The notes under the pieces: model-generated
The model's database searches: none
Seen by the model: the letters and a program-made list of their open reading frames with translations, nothing else
Told to the model about the DNA's origin: nothing
Program-made: the position numbers and the translations under genes
Assembly (NCBI GenBank): GCA_041906765.1
Contig: JAYRIP010000005.1
Location: 1,581-65,580, forward strand
Length of the DNA stretch: 64,000 nucleotides
From: Candidatus Saccharimonadales bacterium
GTDB taxonomy: Bacteria; Patescibacteriota; Saccharimonadia; Saccharimonadales; JAYRRP01
Direction: 5' to 3'
In this document: positions 27,493-36,662 of the stretch, piece by piece
How positions within the stretch are numbered: position 1 is the stretch's first letter
Layout: each line of letters begins with the position of its first letter

Positions 27493-28386
27493 TCAATTTT
27501 TAACTTCTTTTTCTATCTTGCCATCTCTCATGTGAATGATCCGTTGGCAACGATTAGCAACTTCCGGGTTATGAGTTACAACCACAAATGTTTGCCCGGT
27601 TTTATTCAGTTTGATAATTAAGGTCATTATCTCCTTGGTCATTTTTGTATCAAGCTCGCCAGTAAGTTCGTCGCCAAATACAATTGCCGGATTATTGACG
27701 ATCGAACGAGCAATGGCGACGCGTTGTTGCTGTCCGCCGGAAAGTTCATTTGGCATATGATGCAATCTGTTATCTAGGCCGACTTGCTCCAAGGCTTGTC
27801 GAGCCATGGTGCGACGCTTTTTAAGACTGATACCGGCATATTTAAGAGGTAGCATTACATTTTCTAGTGCAGATAATGTAGTAACGAGATTGAATGACTG
27901 GAATACAAAGCCAAGCTCATGTGAGCGGATGTCGGGAATTTCATGCCTCCTAATGGCAGTAATGTTTCGGCCTTTTATAAATATTTGTCCGGCTGTCGGT
28001 TCATCCAATAGTCCCAGCATGTTGAGGAGAGTTGACTTGCCGCTGCCCGAAGGACCAACTACCGCCACCAAATCTCCCTTTTGAATTGTTAAGTCGACGC
28101 CGTTCAGCGCATGGACCACCACACCACGATCCCTTGGTCTAGCCCGCAACCGTTTGCCTGTAACTGTTTTATAACTTTCTTCAAATTTTTCTTGGGCGAA
28201 CAAAAGCTGGGCTTTCTTAAGTATTTTTTCGTCCTTTATTACCTTTTCTTGATCATGGCGTTCGCTTGCCTTTTCGTATTTGTCCTGCAGTTTTTGAATA
28301 GCTTTCTGAGCTTTTTTAGCATTTTTCCGGTTACCCATAATAAAGGTTTTGGTGAGGTTCTTTAGCTTCAAAATATCTTCCGCCAT
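27493..28386 (-). CDS. ABC transporter ATP-binding protein (MacB/LolD/FtsE-like) with about 65-aa charged N-terminal insertion
   Basis: Walker [11 protein letters not shown]-loop, signature [13 protein letters not shown], Walker [13 protein letters not shown] and H-loop VVVTHN. A Lys/Glu/Gln-rich insert sits between TKTF and VHALNGV. Confidence 0.9.
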   Translation of the reverse strand: MAEDILKLKNLTKTFIMGNRKNAKKAQKAIQKLQDKYEKASERHDQEKVIKDEKILKKAQLLFAQEKFEESYKTVTGKRLRARPRDRGVVVHALNGVDLTIQKGDLVAVVGPSGSGKSTLLNMLGLLDEPTAGQIFIKGRNITAIRRHEIPDIRSHELGFVFQSFNLVTTLSALENVMLPLKYAGISLKKRRTMARQALEQVGLDNRLHHMPNELSGGQQQRVAIARSIVNNPAIVFGDELTGELDTKMTKEIMTLIIKLNKTGQTFVVVTHNPEVANRCQRIIHMRDGKIEKEVKN

Positions 28387-29553
28387 TTAACCCTCCCTCA
28401 GCGCTTTCACAATGTTCACTCGCACCGCGTAATAGGCAGGGTAGATACCCGCAATGATTCCAAGCACGACTGAAAACACTATGGCAAATACCGATATCCG
28501 AGCAGTCAGTAAGAATATAACATTGCCGCTGTCCGCCATTGCCCGATTGATTATCAATATGGTTAAGGCGCCGAGCGACCAGCCAACAAGACCACCGATT
28601 AGGCCAATTAAGCCGGCTTCGGTGAGGTATTCTTGCATAATATTTCTGGTTTTTGCACCTACTGCCTTTTTAATGCCTATCTCACGAATACGTTCAGAAA
28701 TTGACATAGTCATAGTGTTGATAATAGACAATCCGCCTACAATCAAAGAGATGAGCGCCACTCCAAACAAGATGGCATTAAAGATACCCGTTGCGCTGGC
28801 AATTTGGTCCTGGAATGCTTTGGGGCCAGTTGCTTTGATACCCTTTACTTGCTGATTAATTTTTGTGGCCAATGCATCAGGGTCAACTCCAGGTTTGATG
28901 TATACGGTAAAGCCAGTGGCTATTTGATCGGGATTGGTCTGGGTTTTAATAATCTCCGGCAACGAACCATAGAGTATTTTTTGAGCATCCGATAGCATCA
29001 TTTCTACCGTACTATCTGGCGCAGTCAATGTCTTATTCATAATACCTACAACTTCATAATCTTTGCCTTTAATACGTACTGTCTTACCTACTTCAGCATT
29101 CAGTTTTTTGACCAGGTCCGCACCAATGGTAACTTTGCCTTCATCGCCAGCTTGCAGGGCTCGCCCACTGCTGTAGGTGATCTTGAAGGACTCATACTGC
29201 CGGGTATTTAAATTTTCTCCGGTAATTGAGGGAGGCGGTCCAAAGTTTACCGCATCGACTCCATCAAAAAGCGTTGTATAGACAACTGCCGAAACAGCAT
29301 TGACTCCTTCTACCTTGGCAATTTCCTCGGCCTTGTTTACATTAACGGGCGTAGGTAAGCTCGCTAGCGATGAATGTTCTTCTGCAACAGTAACTTTGTC
29401 GGAGTAATATTTTGTGCCACCGTTCACGAGCAAACTGATGCGTTCAGCCATAGAGCCCATTACCGTAAATGCAAAAATGCCAATCGTAATGCCAAAAATG
29501 GTCAATAAGGTCCTGGCTTTCCGGCGAAACATATTTTTGAATACTTCAGTCAT
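28387..29553 (-). CDS. ABC transporter permease, FtsX/MacB-like
   Basis: N-terminal TM, a large extracytoplasmic domain, then a C-terminal FtsX-type 3-TM bundle (SISERIREIGIKKAVGA motif). It is directly adjacent to the ATPase gene. Confidence 0.85.
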   Translation of the reverse strand: MTEVFKNMFRRKARTLLTIFGITIGIFAFTVMGSMAERISLLVNGGTKYYSDKVTVAEEHSSLASLPTPVNVNKAEEIAKVEGVNAVSAVVYTTLFDGVDAVNFGPPPSITGENLNTRQYESFKITYSSGRALQAGDEGKVTIGADLVKKLNAEVGKTVRIKGKDYEVVGIMNKTLTAPDSTVEMMLSDAQKILYGSLPEIIKTQTNPDQIATGFTVYIKPGVDPDALATKINQQVKGIKATGPKAFQDQIASATGIFNAILFGVALISLIVGGLSIINTMTMSISERIREIGIKKAVGAKTRNIMQEYLTEAGLIGLIGGLVGWSLGALTILIINRAMADSGNVIFLLTARISVFAIVFSVVLGIIAGIYPAYYAVRVNIVKALREG

Positions 29554-29635
29554 TACCTGGTCACTCCAACTTAACTTCTATTGTAACTGAACTAGAAAGG
29601 TTAGTTCTAATTTGCTGGACTGTAAAGTATATGGA

Positions 29636-30205
29636 CTACCAAAAACGGAAGATAATCATGCCAGCGAATAGCAATACCCACAGTACAGCTACAAAGAGAT
29701 CGCCGCCATTTTTAACAAAATTTGCAAGCTTAGCGGCTTTTTGTTTACTGAGCGGGAGCTCACGATAATGAAGCCGGAACCAGGCCCAATTCATGGCAAT
29801 TACCGCAGCGTAGCAAAACAGGCAAAAGATGCAAATATAGCCGATCCGATAAGTACTTTGCCATAAGTACCAAGCTCCGAAACCCAAGAAAAAAACTGAA
29901 AAGAAATGGAATATATAGCGTAGGCTGCGATTTAAAACGCTACCTGTGGCGCCTGCTAATGCGATTCCGGCCGTAAGCGCAAAAAACATCATGCAGACAA
30001 GAGAATTGGAAAAGCCAAAAACCCGTGATTGCCAGGCATTAAAGACATTGCTACAACTAAAAATCGCGTTAATATCGCACGTTAATGCCACCTTCGGATG
30101 CAGGGCATAATTTATACGCTCAATGGTTTGGATCAAAGAAGATGCCAACCCTGCAAACGATGCTCCGGCGATAATCCACCACAATGATCGTTCCCGAATC
30201 CTCAT
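29636..30205 (-). CDS. vitamin K epoxide reductase (VKOR) family membrane protein
   Basis: The loop Cys pair CDINAIFSC and the CxxC in a TM helix (CIFC) sit in a 4-5 TM protein. Confidence 0.75.
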   Translation of the reverse strand: MRIRERSLWWIIAGASFAGLASSLIQTIERINYALHPKVALTCDINAIFSCSNVFNAWQSRVFGFSNSLVCMMFFALTAGIALAGATGSVLNRSLRYIFHFFSVFFLGFGAWYLWQSTYRIGYICIFCLFCYAAVIAMNWAWFRLHYRELPLSKQKAAKLANFVKNGGDLFVAVLWVLLFAGMIIFRFW

Positions 30206-30274
30206 ACCTAAACTTTACCATAATCATTCTAAATAGGATGATATAGGATCAAGTAAACCGGTTAATTTGGCATT

Positions 30275-30988
30275 CTAATTTGTAAGGATCCAGCGCACCG
30301 TAAGATCTTTTAGTCTCTTATATTCAGCTTCGTCATATTGCATATTCGCAACGCAGTAGCGCTTCCCTTGCATGTTGGTACAGAACATACTATCCTGCAT
30401 ATCGCCAGTATCGTGCATAAAGAAACAATTGGTAACATTTCCAGACCAAGAAACGTTAAAGCAGTTCGTGCAGTTTCCACTATCCTCAAGCCGCATACAA
30501 AAAGTTGAATCGCCCGACCTTTGGCTGGCAGCTATAAATTCACAACCATTGAGGCCATCAGAAAATAATATGTTCTTGCTCTTACGGATATCTTGGGATC
30601 TATATACGTTTTCCGAGTAATAAACGTTGTCAGATTCAGATACGTTTACACTCTCTTTATAACGTTCAGTTGTCGTGAGATTCATTTCATTCCATGCCGC
30701 TAAAATGTCTTCCATAGAATGCAAAGCTCGTGCGGGCCGGAGATTATCGGTTTTTGGACTCGCACCGGCCAATTCAAGCCCTCGAGCATTTTGTAGCTTC
30801 ACAAATCGAGTCGGGTTAGTCGACTGGGCCCAAGTAGTAGACCCATCTGTAATATCCGTAACAGGTTGAGGCAAGCGAATATCAAAAGTAAACTTCTGCA
30901 TAAACTGTTCGAGACTCAATGGGTTTTGGTATCCAAAGACCTGGCCCACAATCTTATCCAGTAATTGTTGAGCTTCACTTTTTTTCAT
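30275..30988 (-). CDS. hypothetical protein with C-terminal Cys/Asn/Ser-rich short repeats (beta-helix-like?)
   Basis: 237 aa with no signal peptide. The C-terminal half shows a periodic x-N-[VIC]-x-x-S pattern and 8 Cys. Its start overlaps the upstream ATPase stop (ATGA). Confidence 0.55.
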   Translation of the reverse strand: MKKSEAQQLLDKIVGQVFGYQNPLSLEQFMQKFTFDIRLPQPVTDITDGSTTWAQSTNPTRFVKLQNARGLELAGASPKTDNLRPARALHSMEDILAAWNEMNLTTTERYKESVNVSESDNVYYSENVYRSQDIRKSKNILFSDGLNGCEFIAASQRSGDSTFCMRLEDSGNCTNCFNVSWSGNVTNCFFMHDTGDMQDSMFCTNMQGKRYCVANMQYDEAEYKRLKDLTVRWILTN

Positions 30989-32985
30989 TGTTCACCCTTC
31001 TTTTTATTAACTTTAGCCCTACTTGATGAATGCTGGGCCAGCAAATCACGCACACTACCAAAAATGGATGATGGAGCTTGATAAGGTTCCTGCGGATGTT
31101 CCGTTTCTTCTTGAAGAATTTTATCCATCAATTCCTTGCTAAAGGCAATCTGTCGCTTCGGCTTTTCCGCAATTTCTACGAATTTCTCGGGCAACACCTG
31201 TTCTGTACGTTTCAAATCTTCAGCTTTATGCATCTTTATCACGGGTGCATCCACCGTTCTTGCCTTAAGCGCCGGTGCAACTTGACCGTTCGACATTAAC
31301 CGTACGAGGCATTCCCTTGGATGCAGTTCCGTCATCATTTTAATTTTTATATCAGATTCTTTCGTGCCTTTAGCATGTTCGGCTTCAATGAGTTCACTGG
31401 GTAATTCAATATTTAAATTACCCTCAAGACCGCGCGCATCTTCTTCCGAGACTTTAAAAGTGTAGTAATTAAATACATTGGAGAATATTGCATCACGCAA
31501 ATCCTTTTCAACCTGTCCAAAATACTGCTGAGTAAGAATAACGGTTAAATTAAACTTGCGGGCCTCTGCCAATATTTGGGCAAGTGCAGGATTTTGGACC
31601 ACGGATACTTCGTCAATAATTAAAATGACTTTCTGACCAAATGCGCGGGCTTGCGCGAGTAGAAAGATCTGCTGGATAAGCAATCCGGCAACCGTCCTCA
31701 CGACCTTGTCGCCCATGCTGACTTTATTGAGAGAAAATACTGTCAGGAAATTTTCTTGGATAGTCCTGGCTAAAGAGATTTCACTTTCGCCGACGAGTGA
31801 GGGCTGCAACTGCATTTCATCAACCATAGAAACTAAAGGCAAAATTGTTTCATTATAATATTGGGTTCTTAACTCGTTATAATCTGCCCCAAAAAACTTA
31901 GTAACATTTGGAGGAACATAACCTTCCGTGTGTGCAACGACTTGGTTTCGATACTCAACATCTGCTAAGAATCGCTTGAGATTTTCCAGCGACATAGCCT
32001 GAGCTGTCATTAATGTAAATAAGCTGAAACGTAATAGTCTATCAAGCCGGGGGTTAAACTGATCCGCAAGAATCGACTTAAATAATGTAGCAGTCAGTTC
32101 CGTGGCTGATGTTAAATCCGTTCCAGCGCCAGGGAATAGTTCCGCGCTGTCTTGCTTATCGAACGTAATAACCTTCGTATCAGCTATATGGGTAAGATCG
32201 TCAGAAATCGATGCATGAGGGTCAATCACAATAACTCTATAGTTCATCCTTAATGCAGTTCTACTGAGACGATCTATAAAAAGACTTATGAATTTAGATT
32301 TACCACTGCCGCTCGCGCCGATAATAAAGGAGTGCTTATCGAATTCATAATTAGTCAGGCTCAAATAGCGATCCTCAGAAAAATATGGAAAGGCGTCTAT
32401 TTGGAATAAAGCGTCTGCTTTTTCGCTTGTAAGCATATGTAAGGATTTCTCTATATTCAGGTATTTTGGTGTGGTCTTCTTTAGGTAACGGGTATTGGCC
32501 GCAAAATTAATTGATAAGAGTTTTGCAGGAAATATAGTGAGCGTTTTAGTTGCTTTCGACCATCTGTCACCGGCACTTTTGAGATAAAAAGTGCTCCGTA
32601 CAATAGACTTCTCAATATTCACCGTTCTTACTCTAAAAACAACGTATTGCAAGTCTTTCGATTTTTTAACGGCAAGTTTTTCTTTTAGATCCAGCAAATT
32701 TCCCCCGGTGACGAATTGAAAAAATCTTTCCTTTGAATTGGCTTGCGGTGGTTCCAATTCTTTTTCATGGACAGGCCGCAGCACAATTCCTTCGAGATTA
32801 TTGGAAATCGAACTCAGATCTTTGGTAGAAGTGATAAAAAAGCGAAGTACATTATCTGTGCACTTAAATGTAATTTCAAACTTACCAAAAGTGCCTAAGT
32901 AGGAAAGGAGCGATTTATATAACTTTGTCCATTGCTCGGCATTTAGCTCGTCTGTAAGGATATAGATTTCAAAGTGTTGTTTCAT
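30985..32985 (-). CDS. FtsK/HerA-superfamily P-loop ATPase (DUF87 / TraD-VirD4-like core) with novel about 220-aa N-terminal region
   Basis: Walker A FIIGASGSGKSKF, VIVIDPHA, Walker B VILIIDEVS, and RKFNLTVILTQQ plus NYYTFKV resembling HerA/VirB4/T4CP C-terminal motifs. No TM helices are evident. Confidence 0.7.
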   Translation of the reverse strand: MKQHFEIYILTDELNAEQWTKLYKSLLSYLGTFGKFEITFKCTDNVLRFFITSTKDLSSISNNLEGIVLRPVHEKELEPPQANSKERFFQFVTGGNLLDLKEKLAVKKSKDLQYVVFRVRTVNIEKSIVRSTFYLKSAGDRWSKATKTLTIFPAKLLSINFAANTRYLKKTTPKYLNIEKSLHMLTSEKADALFQIDAFPYFSEDRYLSLTNYEFDKHSFIIGASGSGKSKFISLFIDRLSRTALRMNYRVIVIDPHASISDDLTHIADTKVITFDKQDSAELFPGAGTDLTSATELTATLFKSILADQFNPRLDRLLRFSLFTLMTAQAMSLENLKRFLADVEYRNQVVAHTEGYVPPNVTKFFGADYNELRTQYYNETILPLVSMVDEMQLQPSLVGESEISLARTIQENFLTVFSLNKVSMGDKVVRTVAGLLIQQIFLLAQARAFGQKVILIIDEVSVVQNPALAQILAEARKFNLTVILTQQYFGQVEKDLRDAIFSNVFNYYTFKVSEEDARGLEGNLNIELPSELIEAEHAKGTKESDIKIKMMTELHPRECLVRLMSNGQVAPALKARTVDAPVIKMHKAEDLKRTEQVLPEKFVEIAEKPKRQIAFSKELMDKILQEETEHPQEPYQAPSSIFGSVRDLLAQHSSSRAKVNKKKGEQ

Positions 32986-33060
32986 GTATGTAGTGCTTGT
33001 GCCAACTGTTCAAGTGTACACTTTATAACTCCGCAGCGGAAGTTGCATAGGAGGGGATTA

Positions 33061-33792
33061 TTACAAACCGCTGCCGCGATCTTTGAATTGTAAAATCTCT
33101 GGGTCAGCTCGTTCTGCTAGTTTGTAATAATCCATGACCAAAGCCCCAAGTTGCTCAGGAGAAGCAGGTCGGAACCCTTCCATTTCGTAGATTTTATGTC
33201 GAACGAAATCGTCAGTCGTCACTGCTGCCGTAGTGGTATCTCTCCAGGACTGATAGCCTCGAGCTCTACGATCTGCATAACGCTCTAGCGCTGCCATGAA
33301 ACATCCTATTAACAAGTCTCTCGTGAGTAACCCACCATCCACATCACTTACATACCGCAGTCTATCGTTCTCGAAACAATCAATATAATAGGCAAGCATA
33401 TGAGCATCAGCGGAATCTACTTCCCAAATAAGCTTAACGGGGTGTCCCCATAATTGTTCGTTGAGCTCCTCATCATCGCTCGTTATGCGATCACCTGGCA
33501 CGTCAAGGCATTCAATAAACCTCTCGAAACCCGAATCATGTACTACTGGACGTGCCCACATCGGAAAGTTATCTCGTTCCCATTCTGCTTCATTACGAAG
33601 AAAAAAATCCTCTGGTAAATCTTCAACGGGTATTCGCTGAAGATCAACAGGATAGCCCATTTGCTTTAGTACTGCGAACTGAATAACACGATCCTCGTAG
33701 GGGTCAAGAGGCGAGGCATTGATAATACTTTCACTTTCGGGATCAAAATAACGTTTCTCAAATGGAATATTCGCATCAGTCAACTCACTCAT
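33061..33792 (-). CDS. hypothetical acidic protein
   Basis: 243-aa ORF rich in Asp/Glu, with no motif recognised. It is the first gene after the tRNA-fMet terminator. Confidence 0.5.
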   Translation of the reverse strand: MSELTDANIPFEKRYFDPESESIINASPLDPYEDRVIQFAVLKQMGYPVDLQRIPVEDLPEDFFLRNEAEWERDNFPMWARPVVHDSGFERFIECLDVPGDRITSDDEELNEQLWGHPVKLIWEVDSADAHMLAYYIDCFENDRLRYVSDVDGGLLTRDLLIGCFMAALERYADRRARGYQSWRDTTTAAVTTDDFVRHKIYEMEGFRPASPEQLGALVMDYYKLAERADPEILQFKDRGSGL

Positions 33793-33890
33793 TTTAATAT
33801 TGTTAAATATTTTCGTATTTTTCGCAATATAATCGTTCTTTATCTCTAGCCTTTAGTGTCGGTGTCGCAGATTCGAGCCTAACCCAGCAT

Positions 33891-33923
33891 AAAAAAAAGA
33901 CCGACAAAAGTCGGTCCTTTTTT
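33891..33923. terminator. bidirectional intrinsic terminator 3' of tRNA-fMet
   Basis: A-run, then GACCGAC-AAAA-GTCGGTC, then CTTTTTT. Confidence 0.75.
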
Positions 33924-33924
33924 A

Positions 33925-33999
33925 TGGTAGCGGGGGGAGGACTCGAACCTCCGACCTTGTGGTTATGAGCCACACGAGCTGCCGCTGCTCTACCCCGCG
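33925..33999 (-). tRNA. initiator tRNA-fMet (CAU), CCA encoded
   Basis: CGCGGGG-TA-GAGC-AGCGGCA-GCTC-G-TGTGG-CTCATAA-CCACA-AGGTC-GGAGG-TTCGAGT-CCTCC-CCCCGCT-ACCA. It shows the initiator hallmarks of an unpaired 1:72 (C x U) and an A11:U24 pair. The acceptor is nearly identical to E. coli tRNA-fMet. Confidence 0.9.
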
Positions 34000-34050
34000 A
34001 TACTACGCATAAAGCGAATAAACTATACCAATCACGGTAACACTTGTCAA

Positions 34051-36609
34051 TTAAGCTGGAGGTGCAGGGGGAAACTGATTATTGTTTGGTGGAGGCGGTG
34101 GTGACCCTACCGTAGGCGGTGCCTGTGAAGGAACCTGCGTATTTGGAGGTGATGGATATGCTGTACCCGGAGCAACTACATTAGGAGCAGGGGGAACAGG
34201 CGGTTGTGGTTGCAGGTAGGGATTAGCCTGCTGCGGCATAACGTTTTGTTGTGGATATGCGTTTGGATAGCCAGCCAGTGGTGCAGGAGTAGGGTAAGGA
34301 ACCGTGTAGCCCATTTGTTTGCCGTGTTTGCGATGGCGGATCAATAGCACAACGACCACCACAATAGTAGCGGCTAGAATTCCAAATACAACGGCTAATA
34401 CAATAAATGAGCTGCTTTTGGCACTTGCGTCCTCTCCCTTGCCAATTTTCTGTTGCGCAACATCGGCAAACTGAGCCGCTAAGTAGTGAGCAGGATAAGC
34501 TGCCTGCACTTTCTTAAATAATCCCAGCGAAGCTTTATAGTGAGCTTGGGCAAATTCATCTATAGCCTTATCCCAGTTGTCACTTATTTCACTTTTTGTA
34601 TCCAGAGTTACTTTGTTATTTGCTAAGAGTTTTTTATAGTCAGCAATATCACGTATTATCCCGTTATCCGAGAACTTATCATCAGCCTCATCTTTACCTC
34701 GCATGGCATATGTAGTCAGTCCAATTACGTGGCCGTTTTCATCAAAAGCCGGACCGCCGCTATTGCCTCCTGCTATAGGCACCGACGTAGCAACCAGTTT
34801 CCGTGCACCTTCATCCTTCGAATCATCTACTATCTCTTCAACTTCGCCTTGCGTTGCAGACGGCACAGTTTTTTCCTTTTTGGTTTCTATCCCTCCGTCT
34901 ACAAATGCCGGGAAGCCGATAGCAGTTATGAGCGAACCACTTTTTAGATTATCTATGCTCCCGAGATTTACAACAGGAAATTGTTTATTGCCTTCCATTT
35001 TAAGGATCGCGACATCAGAAGTTTTTGAGTCAATCAGGTTGGAGGTTCCTTCTTTACCACTGAAGGGGTCAAAGTCGGCGGCAATAAACTTAGCTTTTAC
35101 AACTTTATCATCATACTTAAAGTTTACTTTAGAACTATTGGAAACCCTTTCGACTTTTATGGGCTCATTGCCAAGTTGAATGGCATATTCTGGATTAGTA
35201 GCTGTCACTTGATACCTGTCTGCAGGAATTAGTTCGGCAGTATAGATTAACTTCATTATGGCTGTCTCATCTTTATTTTGAACTGCTTGAAGCAATGCAT
35301 CGATTTCTTTGGCACTCATGACACCTGAATCAATAAGGTAGTTAAAATAGGCCTGTAAAGGACCCTTGTCTCCTGCTTGAAGTTTTACAAACAAGTAGTT
35401 CACAAGAGTATCGGACGGCTTAAAAGTAGTGACGTGCCCATTTGTACTCACATAACCATCCTTGGATACAATGGAACCGCTACCGGAAGAGGCCATACAT
35501 GCTTCTTTGGCAGCTATAGCTACTTTGTTGTTTGGTAATAATAAGTTGTAATCAAAGCATGTTTGTGTACCGACGCGAACCACGGCTGGCTGGTTCTTGG
35601 CAACGATTTTTAATGCCGTTCCATCAGCAAGTTTCGAAGGAGCATTCACTGAGTTATCTGGCAGTTCACCATTCTCGTTTTTATTTTGACCGCTATTTTC
35701 ACTTGTACTTGTACCCAACACATGCGAGGCCAGTACCTTTAGCGTGGCAAACGTAAACTTGGCGCTAGAGTCTGGGGCCGTATAGCTTATACTCCGGATA
35801 GTTTGTTCTAATGGTACAAGGTCGCCATGTGAAGTTTGCTTGGTGGAATCTAGTTTTACCTGGTATGGCCGGCCATTCTGGACTGTAGTATAGACAACCG
35901 TAAGCTCATTCTTGGTGGTGATAAATTCCGTATCTGTAATTTCATAGGTCGACTTTTTGTACTTCACATTATTTATGGTCACATCTTCTTGTTTAATTAG
36001 CGTCGGGGTTGAAGTATCCGTCTTCTGAGGAGCATAGTAGGTGGCTGCGACGTCTTCATCAGACTTGTCTTTGCCGTATTTCTGTCGCCCTTTTTCAAAA
36101 AAATCTTTGTTAGTCGTCGTGGTAACCCATAATTTTGGCCCCGAAAGACTACCAAAGCGCGCCATTGACTCTTCAGTGTTCCCTTCATTTTTGAGTACGA
36201 ACGTGAATATTAAGTAACCATCCTTTGCTTTATTCTTAAGTCCATCACCATAGACCACGTTGAAAGACCCGTCATCATAGCGAGTATGGCCCTCTGCTTC
36301 CAGAAGATCGGCATTATATTTCACCTTCATTCCATAGGTAGATTCTAGTGTTTGCTGGCTATCCTCAACCCGTTTTGTCGTTATAATATCTTGCAGGCTC
36401 TGTGTGGCATTATTGGTTTGTTTTTTTGTCTGTCTATACAAATAGAACGCTGTACCACCCACAATAACTGTACTCAGTACGAGAAACACTAGAAGTAGAG
36501 AAAGCTTTTTGGACTTTTTGTGGTGACGCAACGCTTGTTGGTGATGAGCCTGTTCTTGAGCAACATCCGTACGATTGCCCGAGTGACCCCTTCGGAAGCG
36601 GGTTTTCAT
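34051..36609 (-). CDS. membrane-anchored trypsin-like (S1C/HtrA-type fold) serine protease with large N-terminal ectodomain and Pro-rich C-terminal tail
   Basis: 852 aa. The catalytic triad context is readable: TNGHV (His), SDVAILK (Asp), GNSGGPAF (Ser). There are TM helices near residue 40 and near residue 750, and the C-terminal 90 aa are Pro/Gln/Asn-rich. Confidence 0.8.
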   Translation of the reverse strand: MKTRFRRGHSGNRTDVAQEQAHHQQALRHHKKSKKLSLLLVFLVLSTVIVGGTAFYLYRQTKKQTNNATQSLQDIITTKRVEDSQQTLESTYGMKVKYNADLLEAEGHTRYDDGSFNVVYGDGLKNKAKDGYLIFTFVLKNEGNTEESMARFGSLSGPKLWVTTTTNKDFFEKGRQKYGKDKSDEDVAATYYAPQKTDTSTPTLIKQEDVTINNVKYKKSTYEITDTEFITTKNELTVVYTTVQNGRPYQVKLDSTKQTSHGDLVPLEQTIRSISYTAPDSSAKFTFATLKVLASHVLGTSTSENSGQNKNENGELPDNSVNAPSKLADGTALKIVAKNQPAVVRVGTQTCFDYNLLLPNNKVAIAAKEACMASSGSGSIVSKDGYVSTNGHVTTFKPSDTLVNYLFVKLQAGDKGPLQAYFNYLIDSGVMSAKEIDALLQAVQNKDETAIMKLIYTAELIPADRYQVTATNPEYAIQLGNEPIKVERVSNSSKVNFKYDDKVVKAKFIAADFDPFSGKEGTSNLIDSKTSDVAILKMEGNKQFPVVNLGSIDNLKSGSLITAIGFPAFVDGGIETKKEKTVPSATQGEVEEIVDDSKDEGARKLVATSVPIAGGNSGGPAFDENGHVIGLTTYAMRGKDEADDKFSDNGIIRDIADYKKLLANNKVTLDTKSEISDNWDKAIDEFAQAHYKASLGLFKKVQAAYPAHYLAAQFADVAQQKIGKGEDASAKSSSFIVLAVVFGILAATIVVVVVLLIRHRKHGKQMGYTVPYPTPAPLAGYPNAYPQQNVMPQQANPYLQPQPPVPPAPNVVAPGTAYPSPPNTQVPSQAPPTVGSPPPPPNNNQFPPAPPA

Positions 36610-36662
36610 AATTATCTAAAGCTTATCATAAGCGTTATAAATCCGCTATGCTACCTGTAAAT

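Noticed and set aside
33855-33890. A tRNA-like fragment (GTCGCAGATTCGAGCC resembles a T-arm) just beyond the tRNA-fMet terminator, possibly a second att-type remnant.
   Set aside because: The putative T-stem arms are not complementary, there is no acceptor-strand partner, and it does not duplicate the adjacent tRNA-fMet 3' end. The similarity is too weak to call.
34703-35179. A 158-aa plus-strand ORF inside the protease gene.
   Set aside because: It is antisense to the catalytic domain, where GNSGGP is readable on the minus frame.
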